From contig MCFE01000539.1 of the NCBI GenBank assembly GCA_002104905.1, positions 1 through 60,594 of the forward strand: DNA of 60,594 nt, in the 5' to 3' direction. Below the pieces are notes generated by a model. That model searched no databases and was not told the DNA's origin. It saw only the letters and a program-made list of their open reading frames with translations. Numbering within the stretch: position 1 is the first letter of the stretch; each line of letters starts with the position of its first letter. The translations under genes and the position numbers were made by a program. This DNA comes from Basidiobolus meristosporus CBS 931.73. Its lineage: Eukaryota; Fungi; Basidiobolomycota. Of this stretch, positions 25,162 to 36,687 are shown piece after piece.

Positions 25162-25901
25162 TTAGGGGCAGACCGGAACCCGAGAGTAGTCAATGCGGTT
25201 CTGGTCCATCCCCAAGAACTCCATGGTCCAGTAGTTCCCTCTGGGGTCAAACCCGGCTCCAGTGTGGGTGAAGGATGGGGTGAGGATGTTTCGTCGATGA
25301 ACTGGTGCACATGAGGCAGAATCAAAATGGGATGGTTAGCGAATATGTTCCCACCGTGGGGTCGAGCCATTCCATGACCCACCAACTGGCCCAACTCCAC
25401 CGGATAATCCCTTACGAAACACAACTTACCATCGGAGTGCATCCATTTGTAGACCACCGACTCTTCTGTCTGGTCCCCTACCGCGACATTCTCGCGCGTG
25501 AACGATAGTTGTAGCCCCTGGATCTTGCTACATCCCCCATATCTGGCCGATCCGAACGATTGTGGGTCATCTGGCGACGGTTGGCTTGGCTCTGGGAGTG
25601 GTATTGCGCATCCTCGTTCAGATCCCTGTAGTCAGTTCAATTCAGTGTCAATCAGTATCCAATCCGAACAACTGCGCCAAACTGCTCAAGGCCAAGCGTG
25701 GCATTATAGAGACAAGCCAAAGAAGAGGAGCAACTGATCAGGGGGGCAGAAAGTGACTTACGCATTCACTATCAAAGGCTTCAATCCACGCGAGACCCGC
25801 TCCTGGTTGACCAGGCAGACCAGTCGCTCAACTGAGAATGCCTGTGCCGTCCACGAAGCAAGGATGACCAGGAGGATGGTGTGTATCAGGGAGAGCTGCA
25901 T
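25162..25901 (-). CDS. CAP/SCP copy 7 (inverted twin of copy 5)
   Basis: Reverse complement of 20696-21436 with the same three-exon structure. Confidence 0.88.
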
Positions 25902-27320
25902 GCTTGAGATGTTTTTGTGAGTGGTTTGCGGGGCTAGATCTATCGATGATAGAAAAGCAGTGAGAAAGGTTGATGTGGATCAGAGAGATGACTGGGCGCT
26001 TATATCCATCTAGACCACTCCACTCAGAGGATTACTTCCGTCGCGGAGGATCCATTGCAGCAAGGCTAGATCTGGTATATCCGATGCAGAGCTACGGTGC
26101 ATGTCAAGTGTCGGAGAGTAAACGGATCTGAGAACAAAAGGACGGCCAGCAGGGTCGGTTGAATTCTGCACCGATCGAATTGTTTGGCATGAGGCCAGAA
26201 ATAGTGGGCAACAGACTCGGCAGTGAATTCTGCATAACACTGATCTCGGAGTTGAAATAGGCAGTGGAAACGTATAAATCCAATTAGGTCGATGTATTCA
26301 AGGCCCTAGCCCAATATAGATCTCGCGGCCTTGCTAAGCAGGTTAGGCTATTCAGGTTAGGATATTTACATGTGGTTCTATTATTCCTAGTTGCGTCTAT
26401 ACATGATTATGTCATCAACTGGTTAGCTCTATGTGGCTGTGTGGTGGTCATGCTGTAGTTGGTTGCTTTGAGATGGAGCTAGAACAGGCATCGATCGCAT
26501 AAGCACTTCGAGCAAGTCGAAAGCTAGAACTGGCATCGATCTCCTAAGCACTTTGAGCTAGTCGAAACGTAGATAAGAGAGCCAGGGGCTATCCGTGCGA
26601 TCTAGAACGATCCAATTCGACGACCAGTCTTCTGAAGCAACGATCCATATTTAGGATCACCGAATACCATCACTCGCAGTTACCAACACTGCAGGTTGAC
26701 GATGCGAAGGCGCATAGGTTGCTTTCCTCTACGACTGTGTAGCTAGATGAAGTGCCTACTTATCATATGGCACTGGTACAATCTCATCCACTTCTCGAAT
26801 CAAAAAGCCTTATCAATCTTCAAGGCAAATTCCCATCTCACTATCTCCGGGTTCTTCCTTGATGGGTTCCTAATCCATCATATCCCACAAATGGAAGGTT
26901 CAACTGCCTATCAGCAACCAAGGGAAATTTTCCATCATTTAGGGGCCTACCCCCAAAGTGGGAGATTTTCCGGTTCCCTTCGTGATGATTATTATTATGC
27001 TATTCTAGATTGGGATGGGGAATTCCCAAAACATCCCTTACTCACTGCGGTGGTTGGCGAGGGACGACAGAATCATGGACCGATGTAACCAGCAATATAC
27101 AATGGAATATTACTTGAGGCCAACTGCCGTAACGGGTCGATGTAACAAGCAACATGTTTGAGGCCAACTACTGCCCCACCAAATATAGGCAAATTCGACA
27201 CCCTACCCCTCCGCATAGGTACGTTGTTTGGCCCAGGTGATTTACTTACGTAAGTAGTTTATTGTGGGAAATTTTATGTACAGCGTGCGAGTCAACTCAA
27301 CAATATTTACACAGAATCCA

Positions 27321-28019
27321 TTAAACGCTCTCTCTACATTTACTCCGCGATTTGTCATGGGTTCTCATGTGTTGTCCCAGGTTGTCTCTCCTGGAGAAGG
27401 TTTTGCCGCACCCTTCCACATCGCAGGAGTAAGGGCGCTCCAGGGTATGCACCCGGAAGTGTCTCTTCAGATGCTCAAAACGTTTGAATCGCATCTGACA
27501 GCCAGGGAATTGACAGACATGGGCCTTACGGATCATCGACTCGTCTTGCTTTCGATTCTGGTATGCGTGGGATGGTTGGTAGGGGTGGACGCGGTGGACG
27601 GCCGTCATATTGGCCAATGTCCTCGTGTGCCAGGTTTCGATAACTGGGGCCATCTTTGCGGCGATTGGGCGTAGCTCCGCCCTTGAGATTTCGGCAACTG
27701 GTGACGTTTTGGGGGCCGGAAGGGGGTCTGGAGTGGATGATTGAATTTCGGAGGAATGGCTGCTGGAGTTGCAGTAATCCACTGCCGAATCAAAATTCAG
27801 CAGCTTGTATATGTTGCTCACTTTGGGGGAGTGGGTTGGGTTGCTCTCGGAGGAGAACGAGGAAACACTAGACTGTGGACTACTCGGGACACTTATCGAG
27901 CCCGCGTAACTGCACGCCAGCGAGTGCTTTGTGTCGACTTGGTGTAGAGCATTGTCAAATGCTGCTCGCGAATGAGGAAGATGACCAGCCGAGTGGAAAG
28001 TATCCTGAGTAAATAACAT
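27321..28019 (-). CDS. C2H2 zinc-finger transcription factor (two fingers, Msn2/SteA-type)
   Basis: [55 protein letters not shown]; first ATG at 28019. Confidence 0.88.
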   Translation of the reverse strand: MLFTQDTFHSAGHLPHSRAAFDNALHQVDTKHSLACSYAGSISVPSSPQSSVSSFSSESNPTHSPKVSNIYKLLNFDSAVDYCNSSSHSSEIQSSTPDPLPAPKTSPVAEISRAELRPIAAKMAPVIETWHTRTLANMTAVHRVHPYQPSHAYQNRKQDESMIRKAHVCQFPGCQMRFKRFEHLKRHFRVHTLERPYSCDVEGCGKTFSRRDNLGQHMRTHDKSRSKCRESV

Positions 28020-30030
28020 GAATGCGACTATGGTATAGGCCGATGGGGAGTCGTCGTGCGTGAGAGCGATGGTTGGTAAGTGTGCCAATAAGCAAATTCC
28101 AGTTTCTCTTTGTACTTCGTCTGGGTTTTATAGCGTCGCTCTGTACTTGACCTTGTGATCTGTCAAAAAATGGATCCAGAAAAAAATCGAGAAAAAGGGT
28201 GCGGTGGTTGAAATTTAGGGATCCTTCGGATAAATGTGGAGGTCTTCCAATCGTGTCGCCAGGGTTAAGGGGTTTCTCGTGATGTTGGATCATAGTTGCC
28301 TGCCAAATGGATAAACATATTTCTAGGGCTGTGATTCCCAATCAGGGAGGTTGGTCAAAATAGAAAAGTCGGCTAGATGATCAGATAGTTTAAAGCCAGA
28401 GTGACAACCCTAACCCTGAGCTGAATTTATACTTTTGTGGACGTGTAACACTTTGCGCTGGCAAAGTAGTTGGGTTGCAAGGACCAATATCTCTGTAATT
28501 CGATGTGGATTGCGTGCTCTGAAACGCTTGTGCTTGGAGAATTGATGGTTCCAGAACACTCGGACACCATCCTTGACTAGAGTTTAGTAGGACTAATGAG
28601 TATTGCTGCTATTCCACACAACAGTCTCCTTAATCCAATCGCACATTCCTGGGACTCGAATCATCTGAGTTGTACTTCTTTAGAATATGTAGGAATCACC
28701 GTTTCTTCATATCACTCTTTGGTATAGTAGGTGCTCTCTGCATCTAGGTAAGACGGCCGTTGTGGTGTTTCGAACTTCAAACTCCCCCAAAATAATCCAT
28801 TGGCCCTTTTTTACAGAGGCTTTTCCCAAATAGTACTTTCTCCAGTTTAGAGATAAGGAAATGTCATTCACACGTAGGGGACAATCCGGATCGAGGTGAG
28901 GGTTTCCTGGTATCTAGCGCGTCCACAACATAATAAAATCAACAATTACTTGGGCTTCACTTTCTCGTCGAGCCGCTGTTGTCATATGCCTTACTATACA
29001 AGGATCCTATACTTGAATCCGTAATTCAATGCATGTTGTTTGACGAACCTATACGATAGCTATCTTACTACCAGTTGTTTGTGTATATATTAGGCTAGCA
29101 CAAAGGATGCAACTAGTGAGTGAAAAATATTCAGAAGCGTTGAATGCAGCGCATGAGTGGAAAATTTCCGGGATACATCGAGGAAGCATCTTCAATACCG
29201 CAAGGAGAATCAGTATTTCTTCATTCTTTGTCTTACTGTGCACCGACTTGTGAATTTAATCCAGTGGTCAAACCCAAATTTGATTATAATGTTTGGTTTA
29301 CACATATTTATCGTTGTTTGATTGATAACGAAAATTAAATTCCCATAAAGTTATTCCCCCAAGACATCGCGCTCATCTATAAGTAGAACTGCCCGCCAAT
29401 GATTGACCATAAAATAACCAGCTATGTTTGAAAAGTGCCATTCCTGTATCAGTCACTTTTTCTGTCGGTTTTAATTTCACACTTGTATTCTAAGGAAACC
29501 TGTTGAACTGTATGAGTTTTACATATTGAAATAAGTAGTACTGCTTGAACATCAATTTATTACAAATAGCTCCAAAATGTTGAGTTTGTATATATACAGT
29601 TTTTCTATCGTTGGCCTAAGGATTCTAACAATTTGTGCAGACGGCCATCTATTTAAAGTTAGATTTCATGGAAGCATCTGGTGAATCATGTACTGCATGA
29701 AAGCACACTGAAAATGATTGATTTAGTTCCTAGCCATGTGTGGATCGTGTTTTTTCCCTTGTGATTTATTTCTTCAAATCTATTCTAGCATTCTGATATT
29801 TCCCTAGGCAAAATAGCAAGCTTGGATTTCATATGGTCATCTGCTGGAATTTTAATGGTATTCCTCAGGTATTCAGCTGGTGTTCTGCTGGGGCTTTGCT
29901 GCAGTCAATTTTAAAGGGTAAATATCTCTAGAGTCAATGCCCTAACTGTTACCATACCTAACATGAGGATGGCCCAGGCGCAACACCTTCTAGGATATAT
30001 ATCTAATTGCTCTCAAGAAGACTAGAGCTC

Positions 30031-30365
30031 TGTTGTAAGAGTTTTGGAGATGTTGGGAGTGATTGGGGGAACAAGTAGATTATGCGGTTATCACTTAATG
30101 ATTTATTGAATGTAAAAGTAGCCTTAATACTTTTACATTTTCTTAGCAAAACAAACACGTAGAATATGCTCAGGAAGGTCCACGAACATGTGTGCAAAGT
30201 TTGGGCTATTTGAACAACTTATCAATATTTTATGTTTCGGGTACCTGATGTTACGGTGAAAATATTCCAGGTAAACCCCGACAAGGAATTTGGCCAGAAT
30301 TCTCTAAGATTTGTAGACTATGATCCAAGTGACTAAAATTTGGTGTAAATTTTGTAGTTATACCA
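30031..30365 (-). mobile_element. Degenerate solo LTR, Copia-2 family
   Basis: Starts TGTTGTAAGAGTTTTGGAGA and is colinear with the LTR reverse complement; right end decayed and approximate. Confidence 0.75.
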
Positions 30366-31774
30366 ATATTCACCTAAGATATTGAAAGTTGCAACTTGAC
30401 AGAAAATTAGATTTTCAATGGAATTATACTGGCATTATGCTCGTCGTTGGTTGGTTTTTAATAGGGTTTACATATTTGTAATACATACACAATTGTAAAA
30501 TGATTACATAACAACACTTTCAAACCATCAGAAAATATAAACAAAAAAGAGTAAACCTATAAGCATCTAATTATCCTCAAGACATACCAACTTCGATGAC
30601 TAGCAGCAACTGACAGCCAGATTGAACGAATGGATTTGTAGAGATATTAAAAGAAAAATGTTCGTCACATCTTGTTTGGTAGTACATCTGTATGATCCCT
30701 GTACATATACTCCATATATCAATGCTCAATAGAGGTAAATCAAACGTATTGTTCTTGATTGCTGGAAATCTGTAATTTCATACTTACAGATTGAATATCA
30801 TTGTAGATAAATAATTAGGTGCCGTACTTGCTATTTGCAATACTCACCGTTTGGCATGAATTTACCACGTTTGCTGGTAATCACCATAGTAATCTGAGCT
30901 ATTTTTCCGGTGCCCATAGGGAGAATACTTTGGCATTTGCCAGAAGCACTAGTTTCATCTCGTCAAGATAGTAAACTTATTTTTTCGAACTCTATAGTAG
31001 ATGGCCGACACTAGATCTACACCATGAGAGTGCTACGTCGGCGGATAATTTTACCCGAAATCCTCCGTATTTACACCTATGAGCAGTGGTTAGCGTGGGA
31101 CACTAGGTTCACGATGAATACCCCTAGTAACGAGTAAAGGCAATAATCCTCCCAAGATGGTGTCAAGTTGGCTTCTTCCGAATGCCATACACACGTCTAG
31201 AATGGCCGCCCCTACAATATTTCCCTTTCTGATAAGGTTTTCCAGCATCGCGTCCACATTTGAATTCTTGGTACTTCCCTCTTCACATCACTAACATGTG
31301 GAAATCGAAATTACAATGGAAAAAGATGGTGCCTAGCTTATGTGCTTATGCGAACTAGATACTGGGTAGCTTTAGGATGCAATATTGACTATTGAAGATC
31401 ACAATACGACAGTTGAACCGAACTGACTAGGTAGCGGACCTTCTGGAGTCACAACGATCCAAAGAATCGGTGGTATTTCCTGAAAGAGAATATGGCTTTA
31501 AGCTCTATCCAAGTTCTATATCACTTTATCCCATGAATCCTCCTTGCTTAATTTACACTTGCAATAAGACTAAATTAGGTTCGATATTCGATTAATCATA
31601 ATCATCGATCGTACTATTATGAAATAAGTATTCTATAGGTTTGATCGAATACTATGTATTCTAAGCGATTTCCAAAAGAGGCAAGATTTACCTTGACATG
31701 AGCAGGGTTGTGTAAGCAAATATAAATATCGAATGATTTCATTAGTATTCCTCATTAACAATAACTATCTCATC

Positions 31775-33457
31775 ATGAACTCAAACAACTCTTGTGAGGC
31801 ACCGGAAGTACGAAGGAGCTCCGAATCACACCCTCCCTCCTTTCTTCCAGTAAGTGCCAACGACACCTACCCTGAGGAGAAGAAGGAGATCGACACCTCA
31901 ACGGAGGATCAGCCACAGTCGTTCTACCGTCGCTTTCGCTTATGGTTCCATCTATTGATGTTTCTGGTCATCACCGGATTGATGATCGGCGCCTGGATAT
32001 TGCACGGAAAGGATTCCCTGGTCCTGTCCCTTCTGTGGGCCTTTGTCTCCTTAAAGCTTATGTTCTACCACGTTACCACCAGGATTCTTTCCAAGCCGTT
32101 GGGCATGTTCTTTGGTGCCATCTTCAAGGTCGTCTTTGCCATCCCCGAGAAGATCCGTCTTGTCCTGGGTGTTCTGCTTCCTGTCGGCTTGATCGTTTCA
32201 GTCACCTTGGCGCTTCCCATCCAAGAGGGTCACAGTACCCGTATGGATCGGTTGAGATCTCTCCTGGGGCTGGTGATATTCATTGGCGTTCTGTTTGCCA
32301 CGTCGAACAACCGCAAACTCATCCCCTGGAGAACTGTCGTCGTGGGTGTTTTGCTCCAGTTCCTTCTCGGCTTGTTCATCCTCAAGACCTCTGTCGGCTA
32401 CGACATCTTCAGCTGGCTCTCGAACATGTGCTCCACTCTGCTTCACTTCTCCAAGTCAGGCCTGTCGTTCGTAACCAACGACGACATCGCCAACATCGGC
32501 ATCTTTGTGTTCACCGTGTTGCCAGCTGTGATCTTCTTCGCGGCCATTGTCAAGGTAGTGTACTATCTCGGTGGTATGCAATGGATCGTCCGAAAGTTCG
32601 CCTGGTTGATGGTCAGACTCATGGGCACCAGTGGAGCCGAGTCGGTGGTCGCTGCTGCCTCGCCATTCGTTGGCATGGGCGAATCCTCCTTACTGATCCT
32701 GCCATTCTTGGAAACCCTCACTCGCAGTGAGCTTCACTCGGCCATGACCTCTGGCTTTGCCACCATCTCCGGCTCTGTGCTGGTTGCCTTCATCTCAATG
32801 AAGGTCGATGCACAGACCTTGATCACCTCGTGTGTGATGTCGGTTCCTTGCGGTCTTGCCATCTCCAAAATGCGCTACCCGGAGACTGGTGAGCCAGTCA
32901 CCAAGGGCAAGGTGAGAATCCCCGAGAGTGAAGACAAGGAGGCCAATTTCCTCCACGCTGCCTCCAACGGAGCTGCCCAGGGTATCCACTTGGCTTTGCT
33001 GATTCTAGCCACTGTCATCTCGTTCATCTCATTGCTTGCGCTGGTCAACTCGTTCCTCACCTGGGTCGGGAACTTCTTCAACATCGACAACCTCACCCTG
33101 GAGTTCATCGTTGGCTACCTGTTCTATCCTTTCATGTGGCTGGTTGGCATCCCAAACAGAGATCTCCTCACTGTCGCTCGCCTGATGGCCACCAAGATGT
33201 TTGTGAACGAGTTCGCCGCGTTCGCCGAGCTCGCCAACCTCACCACCTCGGGGGCCTTGGAGCAGAGAACAGCATCACTGGGCATTTACTGCCTGTGCGG
33301 ATTCGCCAATTTCGGATCCATCGGTATCCAGATTGGTGCCTTGGGGGCTATGGCACCTAGTCGCAAGAAGGATCTGGCCGAGCTCGCCTTCTCAGCGATG
33401 TTGTGTGGCACGATGTCCACACTGATGAGTGCCACTATTGCTGGAATGTTGCTTTAG
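31775..33457 (+). CDS. Concentrative Na+/H+:nucleoside cotransporter (CNT/SLC28), copy 1, 560 aa
   Basis: IPWRTVVVGVLLQF, FTVLPAVIFF, SGAESVVAAASPFVGMGES, MTSGFATISGS, TKMFVNEF and CGFANFGSIGIQIG. Confidence 0.95.
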   Translation: MNSNNSCEAPEVRRSSESHPPSFLPVSANDTYPEEKKEIDTSTEDQPQSFYRRFRLWFHLLMFLVITGLMIGAWILHGKDSLVLSLLWAFVSLKLMFYHVTTRILSKPLGMFFGAIFKVVFAIPEKIRLVLGVLLPVGLIVSVTLALPIQEGHSTRMDRLRSLLGLVIFIGVLFATSNNRKLIPWRTVVVGVLLQFLLGLFILKTSVGYDIFSWLSNMCSTLLHFSKSGLSFVTNDDIANIGIFVFTVLPAVIFFAAIVKVVYYLGGMQWIVRKFAWLMVRLMGTSGAESVVAAASPFVGMGESSLLILPFLETLTRSELHSAMTSGFATISGSVLVAFISMKVDAQTLITSCVMSVPCGLAISKMRYPETGEPVTKGKVRIPESEDKEANFLHAASNGAAQGIHLALLILATVISFISLLALVNSFLTWVGNFFNIDNLTLEFIVGYLFYPFMWLVGIPNRDLLTVARLMATKMFVNEFAAFAELANLTTSGALEQRTASLGIYCLCGFANFGSIGIQIGALGAMAPSRKKDLAELAFSAMLCGTMSTLMSATIAGMLL

Positions 33458-34709
33458 AGCCATCCATCACTTGCATTCCACACATCGCCATCATGTAATA
33501 TAAATCCAATCATTAGCCAAGCCAACGTAATAATAAAATTCACACATACACAATCAAGTGATGTTTTTCTCAAGTTTAAAGCATTAAGCAGTCATATGAG
33601 CCCATCCCTGTGGTAATGCATGCTCATGGAGCTGGTTAAGAGATATTCAATGGCATCGTTGCCGTTCACTCCGCACTGCCCGTAGTCACCACTTTTACTG
33701 GCTTATTATTATTATTTACCACTACTAAATTCATGATATCCTCACCATAGCTATCCAAGTCGGAAGCACCCTATCCTTTCAGGGGAAGGATTTGAGGTAA
33801 TTCAATTCGCGGTGAACAAGATTCGCAACAGTGTCACACCGTAACGATAACAATTGCGGAAACAGACAGTCAGTATAATGGCTGAGATTCTCAATTTGTA
33901 CTCATTGGGAGACTCTAGTAATCGGAATATGAAGTATTCCTTCGATTCCATGAAATTGCTCATATAATTGTCGATGAGCGACTATCTCTTTACCTCACTT
34001 GAAAGCATCACTTGAACAGGGTTATTGTTCTAAGCCAAGCTATTCGTCAACCGCATCAATCAAGCACTCGAAAGACTATGAACATGCTCACATATCGTAA
34101 GCTGATCACAAATTGGCCTCAGATTCAATCGATTCACAGCTATGAACAGAAGGGAGCAAGATTCGCTCTCATCTGATTTCCATTTTCAGACGATCATGTT
34201 TGATTCTGTTATTGTAATCAGTGTGTGAGTACAGTATTGGTGGCTACACGTTATTCGTGTTTAAAGCCTACATTGTGCATCTAGCCTGGAATCCATTGAA
34301 TACACATACATATAGTCATCAAGTAACCGATGGCAAATTGAGAGTATCAGCAAGGTAATCAGATGGTCGAGTGAATAATACACTCAGTTGTTCAGCACTG
34401 TGGATCAGAAAAAACCAGATATCTACCAAATGCGGTTGAGATTTGATATCGATATCTCATATATTGTCAATCAGATAAGTCTTCAACCAAATACGGGGAA
34501 GATTTGTGATGGAATATACTTCTCCACTGGCCTCTGCTCCAAGAGCTCTTCCAAACGTAGTGAAGTCTTCATAGGGTTTGGTGCAATTCCCATTTTAGGG
34601 CTCGATTTCTCATCAGTTCATACACTGGATTTACAGTTGTGTGGAGAAGTATAAATATGAGGGTGTATGGGCGAGTCTACTTCATTCAAAAATCCATCAC
34701 TCAATAGTC

Positions 34710-35522
34710 ATGTCTGCCGTCGAAAGAACCCACAAGAACTCCCTTGGTCATGACCAGACTACCCGCGACAACGACTCCGGTAACCCAACGAAAGCAGCGG
34801 CTTCCAAAGACGTCAAGATGGACCATGTGGACCGGGTGCTCCTTCATACAGATCCGGTGTATCGCTACAACTATGTGGCCAAGTTTGTGGATTTCTCCGA
34901 CAAAGATGTCCAGGCCATCAAATCGGTGTCGGAGAGACTGGCCCCTCTAGGTGGTGTCATAGTGGACACTGTGTATGACAAGCTCAGAGCATTCGACATC
35001 ACTTGGGAATCCATGGCCAAACGCCACGAGGGGTACGCTGGCGAGGTGGTTGAGAAAGTGCAGGATCTCAAGGTCGACAGCTCCCAGATCAAGTACAGAA
35101 AAGATATGCTGACCCGCTACATCAACCGTCTCCTGGCCAATCCCTACGACGAGAGGATGATCAAGTACCTTGACTGGGTGGCCAAGATCCATACCGACAT
35201 CCCGGGAAAGAAGTCCAAGATCAACGTGGAGTACATCCATATCTCTGCGCTCATGGGCTTCATCGAGAATACCCTGATGTCGCTGGTTGGCTCACTTCAG
35301 CTTGAGCGGGAGCACGAGCTGCAAGTGAATCTGGCCTTCAACAAGGTTCTTTGGCTTCAGAACGACTTCTTTGCCAAATACTACACAAAGGATGGCTCGG
35401 ATGTGCCGGCCTCGTTTGGGCTACACGCACAACCAGTACCTGCTCCCCGATTCAACCTCAACAGTGCTTTAGTTGGTGGAGTCGTAGCTGCCCTGGGATT
35501 ATTCCTAGCCCAAAGCATCTGA
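34710..35522 (+). CDS. Protoglobin-domain protein with C-terminal hydrophobic anchor, copy 1
   Basis: RYNYVAKFVDFSDKD, IVDTVYDKL, YLDWVAKIHT, INVEYIHISALMGFI and AFNKVLWLQNDFF; tail ALVGGVVAALGLFLA. Confidence 0.8.
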   Translation: MSAVERTHKNSLGHDQTTRDNDSGNPTKAAASKDVKMDHVDRVLLHTDPVYRYNYVAKFVDFSDKDVQAIKSVSERLAPLGGVIVDTVYDKLRAFDITWESMAKRHEGYAGEVVEKVQDLKVDSSQIKYRKDMLTRYINRLLANPYDERMIKYLDWVAKIHTDIPGKKSKINVEYIHISALMGFIENTLMSLVGSLQLEREHELQVNLAFNKVLWLQNDFFAKYYTKDGSDVPASFGLHAQPVPAPRFNLNSALVGGVVAALGLFLAQSI

Positions 35523-36687
35523 AAGTATTGTATAAACATTGTGTACATTCTCTAATAAATAAGCTAAAGTGACATTTCTCACGAACACCAGTTTGGCAAT
35601 AAAAACAAGCTCAGCGGCCTTCCTTTCAGCTCCCCCTCATGCATTCTTTGCTAACTACCCTACTGACCGAAGTATTCATTCTGTTATTTCCATATTCAGA
35701 AAAGTGAAAAGCTTTTAGATATCATGGCTGAATTTGTTGGAAATAGTAGTGCGAATATATTCTCCTGAATATACCTCTGCACGCAACACCAAATCTCTAT
35801 ATGTAAGCATGAAGCCCTGCACGGTTTATAGCCCACAGCCAAGAGAAGCTGATCTTGCAAAGACGGCAAGTTTTTTTCTTGCAACATGTCCTTACTAACC
35901 CAGTATAGAAACAAGGTGAACAACATCTCCATAAATAGGCAGATGAACAGCGATCATCTTGGGGTACCATATTTATGATTAATATGCATGGTCGTAAATA
36001 TAGGCAAAAACATCCGGAGCCCAAGAGATTGCCTTTCCCACGCCTGGAATGTGAGTCTCTCTAATGTTCCCATATTGGATGGGAGGTTTCTGAATCTCAT
36101 ACAATCTCGAATTCTGGATGCTTGCCTCTTGATGTTCTTTCCTTACTGAAGGCAATACTCGCCACGTGAAGATGGAAATGAAGAATATCTTCGGTAATTT
36201 TTGATTCCGTTGTAGGGCAGCTTTAGGGATGTAATATCAACTATTGAAGATCTTACCATCGTATTCGATACAAACTGGCTGGATGGCGGGTGTTCCAAAG
36301 AATCGGCCTCAATTTATGAATAAGATTATGGCTTCAAGCTTTATCCAAGTTTCATACCACTTTACCATATTCATACTCCGAGTTTGATACAGTGCATTGA
36401 ATAATACTATTTTTGGCCAAGTGATCGATTAATCTTAATACCTAATGATCGAACACGCTTCTAATGCCTAAATCGGATCACCTTCCCTGATCCTGTTCGA
36501 CCATCGAACGCTTCGATGAAATAAGCGTCCACCGGATTTGTATTGAATGCTAAATACTTTTAATGACTGCCATATAAGGCGAGATTCACTTGACATAAGC
36601 AATGGTGTTGGAATGAGGTTGAATATATATACCGAACGATCTCGGTATGCCATCATCATTATCACTAACAGCATCTAATTTCTCATT

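Larger units (their letters stand above)
20328..26252. repeat. Inverted duplication: arms about 20328-21436 and 25162-26252, 3.7-kb spacer
   Basis: Arm 2 is the reverse complement of arm 1 with few substitutions, covering the CAP gene and ~370 nt upstream. Confidence 0.9.

Noticed and set aside
28406-28417. Interstitial AACCCTAACCCT (also GGGTTAGGG at 56181-56189)
   Set aside because: Only 1.5-2 units with no associated element; the second simply encodes Pro-Asn-Pro in ORF2.
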